Positions 63,036 to 64,000 of a stretch of 64,000 nt of DNA are shown here, in pieces. Within the stretch, counting starts at the first letter, position 1, and every line of letters begins with the position of its first letter. Source of the DNA: Nevskia soli (GTDB taxonomy: Bacteria; Pseudomonadota; Gammaproteobacteria; Nevskiales; Nevskiaceae); NCBI GenBank assembly GCA_026224805.1, contig JAMFRN010000138.1, positions 19,441 through 83,440 of the forward strand, in the 5' to 3' direction. The translations under genes were made by a program, and so were the position numbers. The notes beneath the pieces were generated by a model. That model searched no databases and was not told the origin of the DNA. It saw only the letters and a program-made list of their open reading frames with translations.

Positions 63036-64000
63036 GGAACGTAGTCCGAAGATTCGGCCATACATTGTTTGTAGCGAATTGCTGTATTTCGAATTGCCTT
63101 GTCTTGCGTCCTGAGTGTCGACCGCTTTCGCAGCCCCTTAACAGGCAAAGGGCGAATTTCATAGTCTCGACCTTGCAGGCCCTCTTTTAGCCCATTGCAC
63201 CATGAGCGCCTAGACTCACGCTCTATCAGCACTATTTTAAGCCAGACCCAAAGCAGTCGTATCGAGTGTTCCAGACTCCATAGCGGAGCGAAGGCTATAT
63301 GTCGTCGGACCACGGTGACGCCGTTCCGGGCTTGAAAATATCGTCGAAATGGAGGGTAGTTGCGTACTGTAAGCAGGAAACCTAGGCGATCAATTTTCCG
63401 TGGTCGGCCTAGGCGATGCATCAATGTCACGTCCTCACTGCGTTGTACCTGCCAGCCCGCTTTTGCCAGCCGCAAGCAAAAGTCGAAATCCACCGAATCG
63501 AGGAAGAATCGCCAGTCAAATCCGCCCACTGCCCCCCATGCCTCTATACGAACCAGATTCCCTGAAGTAATCACGACCTCTCGTTTTTGGCGTATCAACG
63601 AGCCGGTTTTTCGATGAATCATCCTGTTACTGAATGCGTCACGAATCTGGGAGGCAATCAGACCGACGCGATCAGAGGTCGCAACATGCCGCAAGCGTTT
63701 CGTGGCTCCATGCGGCAGGGTACTGTCCTGATCGAGGGTAACAACCCATCTAAAGCCATCGCAACGAGCCAGCTCCATGCCGAGATTAAGTGCCGCGCCG
63801 ATTCCGATATTGACCCCAAGCCGCATCAATCGAATCCCCTGAATATTCCGGATTTTCTGAAATACGCTGCGGGAACCAAATTTGGGGGTATTGTCAATTA
63901 CATAAAGGGATTGAACTTGACTGGTCAGGGCACGTAGGCTTCTGACGATATTCGCCGATGGTCGATAAGTCACTACCACAGCTGCTACATCTCGGGATAC
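63032..64000 (-). CDS. GT2 rhamnosyltransferase-like, frame open to the window edge
   Basis: VAAVVVTYRP, VIDN, TLDQDS, ITSGNL, FLDSVDFDFCLR, YFQARN. Confidence 0.82.
   Translation of the reverse strand, partial: VSRDVAAVVVTYRPSANIVRSLRALTSQVQSLYVIDNTPKFGSRSVFQKIRNIQGIRLMRLGVNIGIGAALNLGMELARCDGFRWVVTLDQDSTLPHGATKRLRHVATSDRVGLIASQIRDAFSNRMIHRKTGSLIRQKREVVITSGNLVRIEAWGAVGGFDWRFFLDSVDFDFCLRLAKAGWQVQRSEDVTLMHRLGRPRKIDRLGFLLTVRNYPPFRRYFQARNGVTVVRRHIAFAPLWSLEHSIRLLWVWLKIVLIERESRRSWCNGLKEGLQGRDYEIRPLPVKGLRKRSTLRTQDKAIRNTAIRYKQCMAESSDYVP

Larger units (their letters stand above)
53190..64000. mobile_element. AT-richer, probably horizontally acquired glycan biosynthesis region
   Basis: Visible loss of the strong GC3 bias of the core genes, mixed gene orientation, pseudogene remnant; no integrase or IS seen in the window. 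Confidence 0.6.

Overview
GC-rich gammaproteobacterial chromosome segment. A Nevskiales/Xanthomonadales-like origin is an inference from gene order only. Positions 1-52,100 are mostly core genes: a PTS/rpoN cluster (ptsI, ptsH, EIIA, rapZ, short hprK, ptsN, hpf, rpoN, lptBAC, kdsCD), a photolyase, ABC-bolA-murA-[vapBC insertion]-hisG-hisD, an MFS transporter, a BtuF-like protein, RNase P RNA, the complete dcw cluster (mraZ to lpxC), dciA, an M23 peptidase, secA, argJ, a Nudix-ThiE fusion, yacG-zapD-coaE and pilDCB. From about 53 kb to the end lies a visibly AT-richer glycan locus (glycosyltransferases, four methyltransferases, Wzx flippase, gmd remnant) where pilA would normally sit. Most notable observations: (1) a short structured element with compensatory base changes in two stems, present after ftsZ and again upstream of secA, whose 37-nt core resembles a solitary CRISPR repeat; (2) an in-frame amber codon in the middle of the essential secA gene, for which a sequence error is the leading explanation; (3) heptamer-built palindromes, one inside the rsmH reading frame; (4) an inverted sigma-54 site in front of rpoN; (5) a decayed gmd fragment still translationally coupled to wzx. 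All calls come from reading the sequence by eye; no searches were run.
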